Below are positions 53,181 through 61,227 of a stretch of DNA of 64,000 nucleotides, piece after piece. Numbering within the stretch: the stretch's first letter is position 1; the number at the start of each line of letters is the position of its first letter. Below the pieces are notes generated by a model. It had not been told where the DNA came from. It worked only from the letters and a program-made list of their open reading frames with translations, and did not search any database. The DNA is from Pseudomonadota bacterium (GTDB lineage: Bacteria; Pseudomonadota; Alphaproteobacteria; Sphingomonadales; CAKZYD01): contig JBMOOS010000039.1 in assembly GCA_049324415.1 (NCBI GenBank), positions 20,363 to 84,362 of the forward strand. Reading direction: 5' to 3'. The position numbers and the translations under genes are program-made.

Positions 53181-53858
53181 TCAGCGGTCGCGCTCGGCCC
53201 GTTCGACCGCGCGGCGCACGGCAAGGGCGATTTGCCCGGCGCTTTCGCGGCCCAGGCGGGCGCTGGGCGCGGCGTTGACATTGATGGTGATGGCGATGGA
53301 CCGGCGTTGCGCCAGGTTGGGATCAGCGCGGCTTAAGGGGGCGATGCGGCCGCTGGCGGGGGGAAGAAAAACCTCCGGCCCGCGTTCGCCGACCAAGACC
53401 GGACGCCGCTCGACGACGGGGCCGCCGATGGCCCGCCCGGCGGTCGAGAGCACGGGCGGCGCGCTCCCGAAGATGGCGCTAAAGAAGCTCCCGAGAAGCC
53501 CGCCCCCGGAAGCGCCGCCGAAAATCCGATCGAGGCCAGAACGGATGGCGGCGCTGGCGATATCGTTCAAGACCCCCAGCGCCACCACGCGCAAATCCTC
53601 GAACGACAGGCGGCCGGTGCGGGCAAAGCGGATGAAGGCGTTTTCCATGCGCCGACCGGCGCTGGTGGCGGCGGTGGCCAGCAGGGCGCCAAAATTATCC
53701 ATTTCGCCGGCAAGGCTGCCCAATTGCCGCTTGGCGCCATTGCCGGCATCACTAAGGCCGGCAAGGTCGGCGCGCACGCGGCCCAGATCCCGCTCAAGGG
53801 CGCGGGTATCGGCGCGCACGGCAACGACCAGCGTGTCGAGGACTGTCTCCACGCGCAT
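53181..53858 (-). CDS. short phage tail tape measure protein (RcGTA g11 type, 225 aa)
   Basis: Helical N-terminal half, a Gly-rich middle (GGASGGGLLGSFFSAIFG) and ...GGPV...RP.LVGERGPE.F.P. Size and position match GTA g11. Confidence 0.8.
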   Translation of the reverse strand: MRVETVLDTLVVAVRADTRALERDLGRVRADLAGLSDAGNGAKRQLGSLAGEMDNFGALLATAATSAGRRMENAFIRFARTGRLSFEDLRVVALGVLNDIASAAIRSGLDRIFGGASGGGLLGSFFSAIFGSAPPVLSTAGRAIGGPVVERRPVLVGERGPEVFLPPASGRIAPLSRADPNLAQRRSIAITINVNAAPSARLGRESAGQIALAVRRAVERAERDR

Positions 53859-53883
53859 TTCTCCATCACTATGAAAAAATCGG

Positions 53884-54174
53884 TTAGCGCCGCCGGCTCA
53901 TATGCAGCCACAGATGAATGGCGCGGCCCGCCACGAAGAGAAGGCTCGGCGCTATGACGGCCCAGATATTGAGGTTCTGGAAACCGCGCTCGAACAAAAG
54001 CCAGGCATAAGCGAGCAACAGCGTCAACCCCACCGCTTGCAGGGTGAAGGCGAGCGTGCGCCACCGGCGTTGGGTCTTGGCGTCGCGGCGCGCTGTCTGC
54101 GGGTCGCTTTCCCCGCGCTGACGGGCGGCGACGCGCTCACGCAAAGAAGGGCGGGGCGGCGGTGGTTCAGTCAT
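53884..54174 (-). CDS. hypothetical small membrane protein (96 aa, Arg-rich N-terminus + 2 TM helices)
   Basis: ORF on the operon strand fills the gap between the chaperone and tape-measure genes. Predicted TMs are WRTLAFTLQAVGLTLLLAYAWLLF and IWAVIAPSLLFVAGRAIHLWL. The SD is weak (GGGAG about 17 nt upstream). Confidence 0.5.
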   Translation of the reverse strand: MTEPPPPRPSLRERVAARQRGESDPQTARRDAKTQRRWRTLAFTLQAVGLTLLLAYAWLLFERGFQNLNIWAVIAPSLLFVAGRAIHLWLHMSRRR

Positions 54175-54204
54175 GGCCCATGATGGCCGCTCCCACCCCT
54201 CCCG

Positions 54205-54414
54205 TCAACGATCGGGAAAGCGCGCCTTGAGGGCGGCAAGCCCTTCGCCGTCGAGCCTTGCCGGCGCTTCTCCGCCCAAGCCGTGCGCTTTTGCCCACAG
54301 GCTCCAGGCGGCGAGGAATTCATGGGGCGTTGCCCGCCAGAAATCCTCGGGCGGCCAGCCCATGAGGCCAGTGGCGACGCCAGCGCAGCCTTGCCAGTCG
54401 ATGAGCCGGGTCAT
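54205..54414 (-). CDS. rcc01693-family phage tail assembly chaperone (RcGTA g10.1 type)
   Basis: IDW........GLMGW.P..FW..TP.EF..A is as I recall this family. ATGA overlap with the upstream gene. Confidence 0.75.
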   Translation of the reverse strand: MTRLIDWQGCAGVATGLMGWPPEDFWRATPHEFLAAWSLWAKAHGLGGEAPARLDGEGLAALKARFPDR

Positions 54415-54731
54415 GCCGGCCCCTTGAGCACCGCCAACAGGATATCGCGATAGGCGGTGGTCACGGCGGCGACGCCATCGCCAGCGATGAGTTCGCCCAC
54501 GTCGTCACGGCTGAGGCCCGCGCCGCCCGCGTCAAGGCACGCCCACAAAACGGTGACAATGTCGCCAAGCCGGGGTGCGCCGCTGCTTGCCCGTTCGATA
54601 AGGGCAAGCAGGCTCCCCTCGGCTTCCTCGATGCGCGCAAGGGCGGCAAAGCTTGGCCGCAGCACATAGCCTGTGCCGCCCAGGCGCAGCGCGACCTCGC
54701 CGCGCAAGGGATTGGCCTTATGTTCAGACAT
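54411..54731 (-). CDS. gene transfer agent family protein (RcGTA g10 type tail assembly chaperone)
   Basis: ANPLRGEVALRLGG..Y.LRPSF.AL..IE.. is typical of GTA g10. Start trimmed to MSEHKANP. Confidence 0.8.
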   Translation of the reverse strand: MSEHKANPLRGEVALRLGGTGYVLRPSFAALARIEEAEGSLLALIERASSGAPRLGDIVTVLWACLDAGGAGLSRDDVGELIAGDGVAAVTTAYRDILLAVLKGPA

Positions 54732-55137
54732 CGGTGAAGACCACTGGCCCCGAGCTTTCCAGCTGCAGGCTATAGGTCCGCTCGCCATTGAAGTCGCCGG
54801 CATATTCAAGGCTGGTGACCTGGAAGCTGCCGGCAAAGCTGTCGCCGGTCTCGAACACTACTTGATAGGCGCCAAGGCTTGCATCCATCGCCTTGGCTTG
54901 AACGAGGCGCTCGGCGGCGCCGTCGGTGAACACGCCGGCACCGGTAATCGATACCGCGCGCACCCCGGCGCCGGCAAGCAGCGTGCGCCAGCCATTGGAC
55001 GCCTTGGTGGTGACATCGACCGCCTCGGCGTTGATGGTGAATTGGGTGGTGCGCATGCCGGCAACGGTGGTGAGGACCGGCGGGGTCCCATCATCGGAAA
55101 TTTTCAACAAAAAGGCACTGCCTTTTTCGGCGGGCAT
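54724..55137 (-). CDS. phage major tail protein, TP901-1 family (RcGTA g9 type)
   Basis: G..FLLKI.D......T.VAG.R.T....N.E.VDVT.K.S.GWR.LL.GAG.R...I.G.GVF.D. 137 aa. Confidence 0.88.
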   Translation of the reverse strand: MPAEKGSAFLLKISDDGTPPVLTTVAGMRTTQFTINAEAVDVTTKASNGWRTLLAGAGVRAVSITGAGVFTDGAAERLVQAKAMDASLGAYQVVFETGDSFAGSFQVTSLEYAGDFNGERTYSLQLESSGPVVFTDV

Positions 55138-55162
55138 GGCAAGGCTCCTTTCAGCCGTGGAG

Positions 55163-55570
55163 TTAAGGAAGGGCGTGGGTGAGGGCGCGGAAGCGCATAA
55201 TCGCGTGATGGAGGGGTCCCGCCGCCTCGCGCAGGATTTGCCCGAACTCGAAGCGCAAGCTTACAAGCGCGTGGCCGGGAAGGGTGAGCGCCGCCTCGTG
55301 CAAGGCGTCATAAGCAAGGGCCATCAACTCCTTGGCTTCGCCATGACCGGGGGCGGCGGACCACAAATGGACATCGAAGCGATGCTCCTCGCCGCTGAAG
55401 CTTTTGCTCGACCAGTCGCGCACCGTCGCTGGCCCAAGGGTGGCATAAGGATAGGCCGCCTCAGGGGAAACATGGTCGTAAACCCCGTTAAGCCGCGCCA
55501 TCAGCGCCATATCGCCGGTCAGGCGGCCATAGACCGCCTGTTGCAGCGGCCAGCTTGCGTCAAGGGGCAT
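55163..55570 (-). CDS. DUF3168 tail terminator/completion protein (RcGTA g8 type)
   Basis: LQ.AVY.RL..D..L..L...VYD.VP....YPY..LG and ....H.W. 135 aa. Confidence 0.82.
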   Translation of the reverse strand: MPLDASWPLQQAVYGRLTGDMALMARLNGVYDHVSPEAAYPYATLGPATVRDWSSKSFSGEEHRFDVHLWSAAPGHGEAKELMALAYDALHEAALTLPGHALVSLRFEFGQILREAAGPLHHAIMRFRALTHALP

Positions 55571-55590
55571 GAATAAATTCCCGATGCTGT

Positions 55591-55935
55591 TCAGCGGGCG
55601 GAGAAATCGTCTGGCGTCAGCCGCGCTGCCAAGGCGGCGGGACCAAGAAAGGGCCGCGCCGGCTGGCGGGCGGTGCCGAATTCGACAAAGCCGGCGTGGG
55701 GCGCGGCGGCGACAACCTTGACGGCCGCGCCATCCTCGATAACCGCGATGCTTTCGGCAAGCGTGCTGGGCAAGGGCCGGGCCGGGTCGCGCCCGGCCAG
55801 CACATTGGTGCGGGCATCCATGGCGACTTTTTCGGCAAGCTGGCGCGAAAGGCCGGCAAGGTGCGCCGCCAAGGCGGCGCGATAGGCCTTGTCGGCTTGC
55901 GCCAGGCGATCCGTGGACAGCGCCGTCTTAATCAT
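55591..55935 (-). CDS. HK97 gp10-family phage neck/tail-component protein
   Basis: ...HAGFVEFGTARQPARPFLGPA is the HK97-gp10-like signature. ATGA overlap with the upstream gene. Confidence 0.7.
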   Translation of the reverse strand: MIKTALSTDRLAQADKAYRAALAAHLAGLSRQLAEKVAMDARTNVLAGRDPARPLPSTLAESIAVIEDGAAVKVVAAAPHAGFVEFGTARQPARPFLGPAALAARLTPDDFSAR

Positions 55936-56267
55936 GTCGCCGCCGCCCCTTCGCAATCCAGCTCCAGCATGCGCCGGGCGCCGGTGGAGTCGATGACCCG
56001 CAGCACCAGCAAGGGGCGGCCGCGCCACAGGAGACGCATGCCCGGCGCCACCCCGGCGCGATAGCGCAAATAGACTTTATAGGCCACCACGGCATCACGG
56101 CGCTGGGCGATATCGACACTGCTCGCGGCGCGCGGGGTGATGGCCGCCTTGCAGCGCGCGACATCGCGCCAGACGTCCTCTTGGCCGCCACCGCCATCGC
56201 CGGCATCGCTCGCCCGCGCTTGCAGCCATACCGAGTGGCTGAGCGCGCCGGCTTCTTCCCCGCCCAT
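55932..56267 (-). CDS. phage head closure / head-tail adaptor protein (RcGTA g7 type)
   Basis: ...VWA.......E......Q......Y.V.LRYR.GV..GMRL.W.GR.L.V..V.D. Start trimmed to MGGEEAG (TGATG junction with g6). Confidence 0.75.
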   Translation of the reverse strand: MGGEEAGALSHSVWLQARASDAGDGGGGQEDVWRDVARCKAAITPRAASSVDIAQRRDAVVAYKVYLRYRAGVAPGMRLLWRGRPLLVLRVIDSTGARRMLELDCEGAAAT

Positions 56268-56806
56268 CACAGGTGCATCTCCCGATAGGGTTGCCACAAG
56301 GCGGTGACGGCGGTGGGCACCGCCGGCGCCGAAGCATCGTCGCGATAGCGATAGGCGTGGGCGATGAGGCGCAACAGTCCTTGGCGCAGGGGCCAGGGGA
56401 CGGCGTTCCAATCCGCGCCATAGCCGGCGCGATAGTCGATCTCGAGACGGCTGGCGGTGGCGGGCAAGCGTTTAAGGACAAGCTGGTCGCGGCCATCGCC
56501 CTGCACCAGCGCATAGTCGCCGGCGGACCAATCGAAGCTTGCGAGGCTGCTGGCTTCGCGCACCGTAAGGATGGCTTCCACCGGCCCATGGCCAAGGGTG
56601 ATGGCGGCCGTCATCGCTTGAGTGCGGTAGCGCCAGGTCTGGCTGATGAGGGAACGGCCCGTGAACCCCTCGCAGGTCTGGCGCGCCGTGGTGATCAGCA
56701 TGGCGACAAGCGCGTCTTCCGTCTCGTCCTCGAGGCGCAAATAGGCGCGCGCCTCGTCGAGCGAGACAGGCTCCACCGCCGGCGGGGAAAGAAGAAGATA
56801 GCTCAT
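56267..56806 (-). CDS. phage gp6-like head-tail connector protein (RcGTA g6 type)
   Basis: P.VEPVSLDEARAYLRLEDETEDALVAMLITTARQTCEGFTGRSLI.QTWRY is the classic gp6-like connector N-domain. Confidence 0.85.
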   Translation of the reverse strand: MSYLLLSPPAVEPVSLDEARAYLRLEDETEDALVAMLITTARQTCEGFTGRSLISQTWRYRTQAMTAAITLGHGPVEAILTVREASSLASFDWSAGDYALVQGDGRDQLVLKRLPATASRLEIDYRAGYGADWNAVPWPLRQGLLRLIAHAYRYRDDASAPAVPTAVTALWQPYREMHL

Positions 56807-57087
56807 CAGCGCTCATCCACCAGAATGGTGAAGCTGCGTTCCTCGACAAGGCCGCCCGATAGAGCGATGCGGTTGGCAACGCGATAGGCGTGGCGCTTAA
56901 TCCCGGCGGCCAGGGTGACTGAAGCCTTGGTCCCGTCGAGCGCCTCGCCAAGGATGGCAAGCCCGCCTTCCTCTTGCGGCGAAAGCGACCAGTTGCTCGT
57001 GAGGATGGTTTGTCCGGCAAACCCGGCGTCCGCCCATTCAATGCTGTAGTCAAGGGTGGCTTGCGGGTCTTTAAGAAAGGTGGTCAT
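56806..57087 (-). CDS. small phage protein (93 aa), K-DP-x3-LDY-x3-W family
   Basis: MTTFLKDPQATLDYSIEWA....GQTI.TS.W...... ...Y.V.NRI....G...ERSF.I.V.ER resembles a widespread small phage beta-sandwich family that I recall sitting next to fibre/tail genes. Only the last 93 codons of track ORF 56806..57516 look real. Confidence 0.6.
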   Translation of the reverse strand: MTTFLKDPQATLDYSIEWADAGFAGQTILTSNWSLSPQEEGGLAILGEALDGTKASVTLAAGIKRHAYRVANRIALSGGLVEERSFTILVDER

Positions 57088-57587
57088 ACGCTGGCCGCCG
57101 TCAAGGTCACGGTAACGTCGATGGTGTCGCCGTTCGCCACTACCCGGTTGCCACCGGCAAATGCCGCCCCGCCCATCAAAATGCCGGTGGTCCCGCCCTT
57201 GGTCGCATTGGTGGCGACGAAGGCGCCGCCCACGGTGCCGCTGGCGTTGATGGCAAAGCTCGCCTTGACGGCTGAATTGTCCACCGATTGCGCCGAGACG
57301 GTCCCCAAGGTCAGCGTCGGCCGGGCGGCGTTTGAATAGACGGTGCTTTCGGTCCAGCCGGCGTGGGAAGCCATGGTGTCGGCGGCGGCGAAAGTGGGCG
57401 TCCCGCCGGCGAGCCCGACATAATGCGCCGCCGTGTAGGCAGCGCCTTTCCAGAACTTGTCGAGAATCTCGTCGAGCCCGACATTGACCGTGATGTTTTT
57501 TACGGTCTCGCGCCATTTGACGGCGCCCGCCGCATCGCGGCAGACAACTTCATAGGTGTTGCGGAAAGCGGTATTGATTTGGGTCAT
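57084..57587 (-). CDS. hypothetical phage structural protein (167 aa, beta-rich)
   Basis: ATGA-coupled on both sides within the operon. Real-looking composition (W, Y, F, N, T rich). I recognise no family. Confidence 0.6.
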   Translation of the reverse strand: MTQINTAFRNTYEVVCRDAAGAVKWRETVKNITVNVGLDEILDKFWKGAAYTAAHYVGLAGGTPTFAAADTMASHAGWTESTVYSNAARPTLTLGTVSAQSVDNSAVKASFAINASGTVGGAFVATNATKGGTTGILMGGAAFAGGNRVVANGDTIDVTVTLTAASV

Positions 57588-58660
57588 GCCTTGATGCTCC
57601 TTTGGCTGGCAGTGATGGTGATGGTGCGCTTCCCCGCGCCCACGGTGAGGGTGCGGCTGGCCGCGCCGATGGCAATGGTCCTTCCCGGGCTGGGCGTGAC
57701 GGTGGTGGCAAGGGCAAACAGCGCACCTGCGCCATGCCCTATCTCGATAAGGTCATTGACGGTGAGCTTGCCCGATGCGCTCGCCGCGAACAGGCCGGCA
57801 ATGGTGATGGTTGCGCCCACCGCCGTGCGTTCTTGCTGGGCAATGTCAAGGTCCACGGCAAGCGCCAGGTCGGCGCCGATCCTGACTGCGTTCAGCGGCG
57901 AAAGGCCAGCGCCAAGGCTTAGCGACAGTGCCTCGGCGATGGCCTGGCCGCCGGGGCTTGCCGCCAGCCCGGCTCCTATCCCAAGCGCCATCGGGGCGAT
58001 GAGATAAGAGGTGACGGCAGCATCGAGCCCGGCGCCCTGGTCAAGGCTTATCAGCCCGGCAACGCCCGCCGTGCCGCCCAGTCCTGCGCTCGCGCCAAGG
58101 CCTAGATTTATTGTCTCGCTAAATACCGTACCGCCCGCAACCGGTGTAATGCTGACATGGGCGAGCGCCCAATAGCCGCTCAAGCTTGCATCGCCCAGCC
58201 GGAAGGTGGCGATAGAGCCAGTGAAGGTCAGCGTCGCCGCGGCATTGTTGGCGACCCAGTCGGCGACGCTGGTACGCAAAACATTGCTCGCGTCGTAGAA
58301 CTGCGCGGCATTGGTCGAACCCGGCGCGATGTCGAGGAGGACCGTCGCGCCGTCGAGCACCTGGATGCGCTGGGCGGTTTGCGCGAAACCCTCATCGCCC
58401 AGGGCAAGGCGTATCTGATATTGGCCGGGCGCTGGCAAATCGACGGAGAAGTTTCTTATTTTGGTGGCAAGATGCGAATGCACCCCGGCAAGCCGGGCGT
58501 CCACCGCGTTCGAGCGGTTGGCCCGCGTCAGGCCGCCGGTATTGTCCCAGCCGAAGGTCTGACCGTCGCGGGTGACGGGATAGGTATCGTTGCCGACGAA
58601 CACGTCGCCCGGCGCGTCCGTCACATGGGACGCCGTCGCCCTGAAGTTAAAGCCGGCCAT
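57584..58660 (-). CDS. hypothetical phage structural protein (358 aa; globular N-domain + periodic Gly/Ala/Leu-rich C-terminal half)
   Basis: Operon strand, starting 54 nt after the capsid stop. The N-terminal ~175 aa are beta-rich. The C-terminal half has recurring L.LGAGL-type segments and ends in four R(T/S)-led ~9-mers. Confidence 0.6.
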   Translation of the reverse strand: MAGFNFRATASHVTDAPGDVFVGNDTYPVTRDGQTFGWDNTGGLTRANRSNAVDARLAGVHSHLATKIRNFSVDLPAPGQYQIRLALGDEGFAQTAQRIQVLDGATVLLDIAPGSTNAAQFYDASNVLRTSVADWVANNAAATLTFTGSIATFRLGDASLSGYWALAHVSITPVAGGTVFSETINLGLGASAGLGGTAGVAGLISLDQGAGLDAAVTSYLIAPMALGIGAGLAASPGGQAIAEALSLSLGAGLSPLNAVRIGADLALAVDLDIAQQERTAVGATITIAGLFAASASGKLTVNDLIEIGHGAGALFALATTVTPSPGRTIAIGAASRTLTVGAGKRTITITASQRSIKA

Positions 58661-58714
58661 GGATGAAATGGGCGAGGCGGCCGTTTCTTGCCGCCCCGCG
58701 TCCGTCCCTTGTTT

Positions 58715-59974
58715 TCAGCTGAGGGCGAATTTGAGAAGCTTGATGGCCTCGGAATTCATCACCCCGCCGCCTGTGCGCCTGGTGGCGTAGAAATGAATGA
58801 AGGGCTTGTTGGAGAAGGGGTCGCGCAAGACCCGTGTCCCCATGCGGTCGGTAATGAGATAGCCGCGGGTGAAATTACCGAAAGCGATGGGCAGACCGTC
58901 GGCGCCGATATCGGGCATGTCCTCGGCTTCAACGACGGGATAGCCAAGCAAGGTGGCGGCCGCCGCCTCGCCCAACCCCGGCCGCCATAGATAATTGCCA
59001 TCGGCATCCTTGAACTTGCGGATGCGGGCCAGCGTGTTGGTGTTCATGACGAAGCGCGCGCCTTGGCGATAGACCGGCCGCAAGGCATGGACGAGGTCCA
59101 CCAGCTTATCGGCAGGATTGCTAGCCGGAAAGTCGCCGGAAACCCCGGTCGCCACATGCTGCAAGGTGCCGAAGGGGCGGCTTGCGTCATCGCTGGCGGC
59201 GGTGGCGTAGCTGAGGAAACCCCTGGGCTTGTCGATCCCGTCGCCGGCGACAAAGGCGGCGCCTTCCTTGGCCCCGAATTCGATGGCAAGCTCGTCGGCG
59301 AGCCAAGCCTCGACGTCGAAAAAGGCATCATCGAGCATGCCTTGGGTCGCCGCCGGATTGGCGTAAATCTCGCCCAAGGGCGGGGTGACCTCGGCAAATT
59401 GCGGGGTTCCCGTCTCCGGCCGGGCAGCGCTTTCCCCCACCCAGCCCGAGGCGGCGCCCGTCATGCTCACCAGTTTTTTGTAACTGCCGCTGCCGATCTG
59501 CGTCACATTGGCGATGGCGCGGATGGGGGAGACATCCTTTAAGAGACGCTCGATGGCGGCATCGATTTGCTGCGGCACGGCAAATCCGCCGTCCGCGTCA
59601 ACCCCGGTATTGAGCGCCTTGGCCTCAATCCGGGGCAAGCCGGTCTCGAGGCCCTTGCGCACATAGCGATCGATGAACGCGGTCTTGTATTCGTCGGCTT
59701 GTCCGCCGCGCCCGCTGCCTTCGAGCATGGGCCGAGCGGCGCGGCGCGTCAGCATGTCGACACGGCCGTGCAGCCGGTCGACCTCGGCATTGATACGGTC
59801 AAGTTTTTGCTCGAGGACGGCATCGCCCGTCCGCTCGGCCTCTTCATGGCTGGCCTTGAAGGCCTCGAAGGCCTGGCCCAGTTCGTCGACCGCCGCCTTG
59901 ATTTCATAGGCGCTGGCGGCGGGCCGGGCACAGGCTTCGGCCGGACTATCGGTTGGAGAGTGGCTATAGGTCAT
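58715..59974 (-). CDS. phage major capsid protein, HK97 family (RcGTA g5 type)
   Basis: N-terminal delta/scaffold-like helical region, then ..GGF.VP.......I..L....SP.R..A.V. and ...P.GFL.Y...... 419 aa. Confidence 0.92.
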   Translation of the reverse strand: MTYSHSPTDSPAEACARPAASAYEIKAAVDELGQAFEAFKASHEEAERTGDAVLEQKLDRINAEVDRLHGRVDMLTRRAARPMLEGSGRGGQADEYKTAFIDRYVRKGLETGLPRIEAKALNTGVDADGGFAVPQQIDAAIERLLKDVSPIRAIANVTQIGSGSYKKLVSMTGAASGWVGESAARPETGTPQFAEVTPPLGEIYANPAATQGMLDDAFFDVEAWLADELAIEFGAKEGAAFVAGDGIDKPRGFLSYATAASDDASRPFGTLQHVATGVSGDFPASNPADKLVDLVHALRPVYRQGARFVMNTNTLARIRKFKDADGNYLWRPGLGEAAAATLLGYPVVEAEDMPDIGADGLPIAFGNFTRGYLITDRMGTRVLRDPFSNKPFIHFYATRRTGGGVMNSEAIKLLKFALS

Positions 59975-60540
59975 GGACGTGCTCCTGTGTTGAGGGCGTG
60001 AATGAGGTTTTGCAAGCTCGCAAGAAGCGCCGACGAAGTGGGCTTTGCGTACCTGTCTGGCGGCGCGTCAGGGGCTGGTCTTGCCTTGATGGCGGTAAGC
60101 CTGGCGGCCGGCTGCATGGGGAAAGTCACCAGCGAGACTTCCCACAAGTCGATGTCGATGAGCCGGCGCACGCTGCGCGCGGCGTCGACTTCCGCCGCGC
60201 GGACCTTGTAGCCGATCGACAGGCCATCAAGGGCGCCGGCCCGCAGCAAGGCCTGGGCTTCCCGAGCACGAATGACATCGCCCAGCAGCCGGCCGCGCAC
60301 GAACAGGCCGTGGCTGTCCTCCCGGATATGCTCGATGACGCCGACAGGCTCGCGCGGGTCGTGCTGCCATAAAAGCTTGACGCCGCCCGCGCCGCGGGCT
60401 TTCAGCGAGCGGGCAAAGGCGCCGGGCATGATTTCATCGCGACCCTGGTCGATGCGTCCGAAAACGCTGGCATAGCCCTCGAAGCGTCCCACCTCGGCAA
60501 GGGACGCGAGGGCGCCAGCGGCGTTGCAGCAATGCGCCAC
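59971..60540 (-). CDS. HK97 family prohead protease (RcGTA g4 type)
   Basis: FEGYASVFG..D..RD.I.PGAF..SL......VK.LWQHD...P.G and ...GL.V.G.L......A.E....R.GALDGLSIGY. 4-nt overlap with the capsid gene. Confidence 0.9.
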   Translation of the reverse strand: MAHCCNAAGALASLAEVGRFEGYASVFGRIDQGRDEIMPGAFARSLKARGAGGVKLLWQHDPREPVGVIEHIREDSHGLFVRGRLLGDVIRAREAQALLRAGALDGLSIGYKVRAAEVDAARSVRRLIDIDLWEVSLVTFPMQPAARLTAIKARPAPDAPPDRYAKPTSSALLASLQNLIHALNTGARP

Positions 60541-60577
60541 GGCGAGTGTTCCTTCTGCAATGGTCGAAGCCGGTTTC

Positions 60578-60901
60578 CTAAGGGCGGACCGTCTTGAGGT
60601 AGAGCACCAGCCCGACGAGGAGAGCGGTGATCATGATCTTGACCAGCCAATTGACGGCGGCACGCCAGGCGGTGCGCCGCAGATCGCGCCAGGCGGTGAT
60701 GAGCTGGCGCAATTCGTAAATATCGCCGCCGGCATGGGCATCGCCAAGGCCAAGCTGGGCAAGGGCGCGGGCAGCGCCTATTTCGCTGGCCTCCTCGACA
60801 AGCGCACGCAAGGTAACGACATCGGCGCCGCCAGCCTGGGCTTGCCGCGCCAGGGCGGCGAGCAGGCTTTCGCTGTTTTGGTATCGGGCTGGCTTGTTCA
60901 T
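60578..60901 (-). CDS. small protein with C-terminal TM helix at the g3.5 position of GTA clusters
   Basis: 107 aa with a helical N-terminal part and a C-terminal TM (WLVKIMITALLVGLVLYL). The position between portal and protease mirrors the RcGTA g3.5 slot. Confidence 0.55.
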   Translation of the reverse strand: MNKPARYQNSESLLAALARQAQAGGADVVTLRALVEEASEIGAARALAQLGLGDAHAGGDIYELRQLITAWRDLRRTAWRAAVNWLVKIMITALLVGLVLYLKTVRP

Positions 60902-61044
60902 GAGGCAATCGGGAATAGCCGAGCGGGCAGGTGGCTCTCGCCTGCCCGCGCGTCGTCGGTTTGGCTTGGAAGTTTTTTTCGCTATTTAAGATTTATTGAA
61001 AACATTCTCCATCCGGCCCGTAAGAGTTTGCGCCGGCAGGCTTT

Positions 61045-61227
61045 TTAGAGCCAAATGAGAAGAATTTCGTCAGGCCGCGTGGTCTCGGTCTCGATCAACA
61101 GTTGAATGCCCGGCTGCGGCGGGGGCGGCGCGGCGCGGGCGCTGTCTTCGGTCGTTGGCGCCGCCTGCTCCAGGGCAAGCGCCGTCAGCCCCATCAACAT
61201 GGTTCCCTTCAAGGTCGCTGCCAGCAT
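61045..61227 (-). CDS. possible tiny secreted/Pro-rich peptide (60 aa), moron-like
   Basis: ATG preceded by GGGAGA 7 nt upstream. Signal-peptide-like MLAATLKGTMLMGLTALALEQA, then a PPPPQP segment. Flanked by AT-richer DNA. No homology recognised. Confidence 0.3.
   Translation of the reverse strand: MLAATLKGTMLMGLTALALEQAAPTTEDSARAAPPPPQPGIQLLIETETTRPDEILLIWL

Noticed and set aside
54411-54414. Possible programmed frameshift joining the two tail assembly chaperone genes (G/GT-like).
   Set aside because: The genes meet at a simple ATGA stop/start overlap with no slippery heptamer. Independent, coupled translation is sufficient.
56806-57516. 236-aa ORF 56806..57516 taken at full length.
   Set aside because: Its first ~140 codons are Arg/His-rich nonsense overlapping the 167-aa gene in another frame. 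Only the last 93 codons, from an ATG that forms an ATGA junction, look like a real phage protein.
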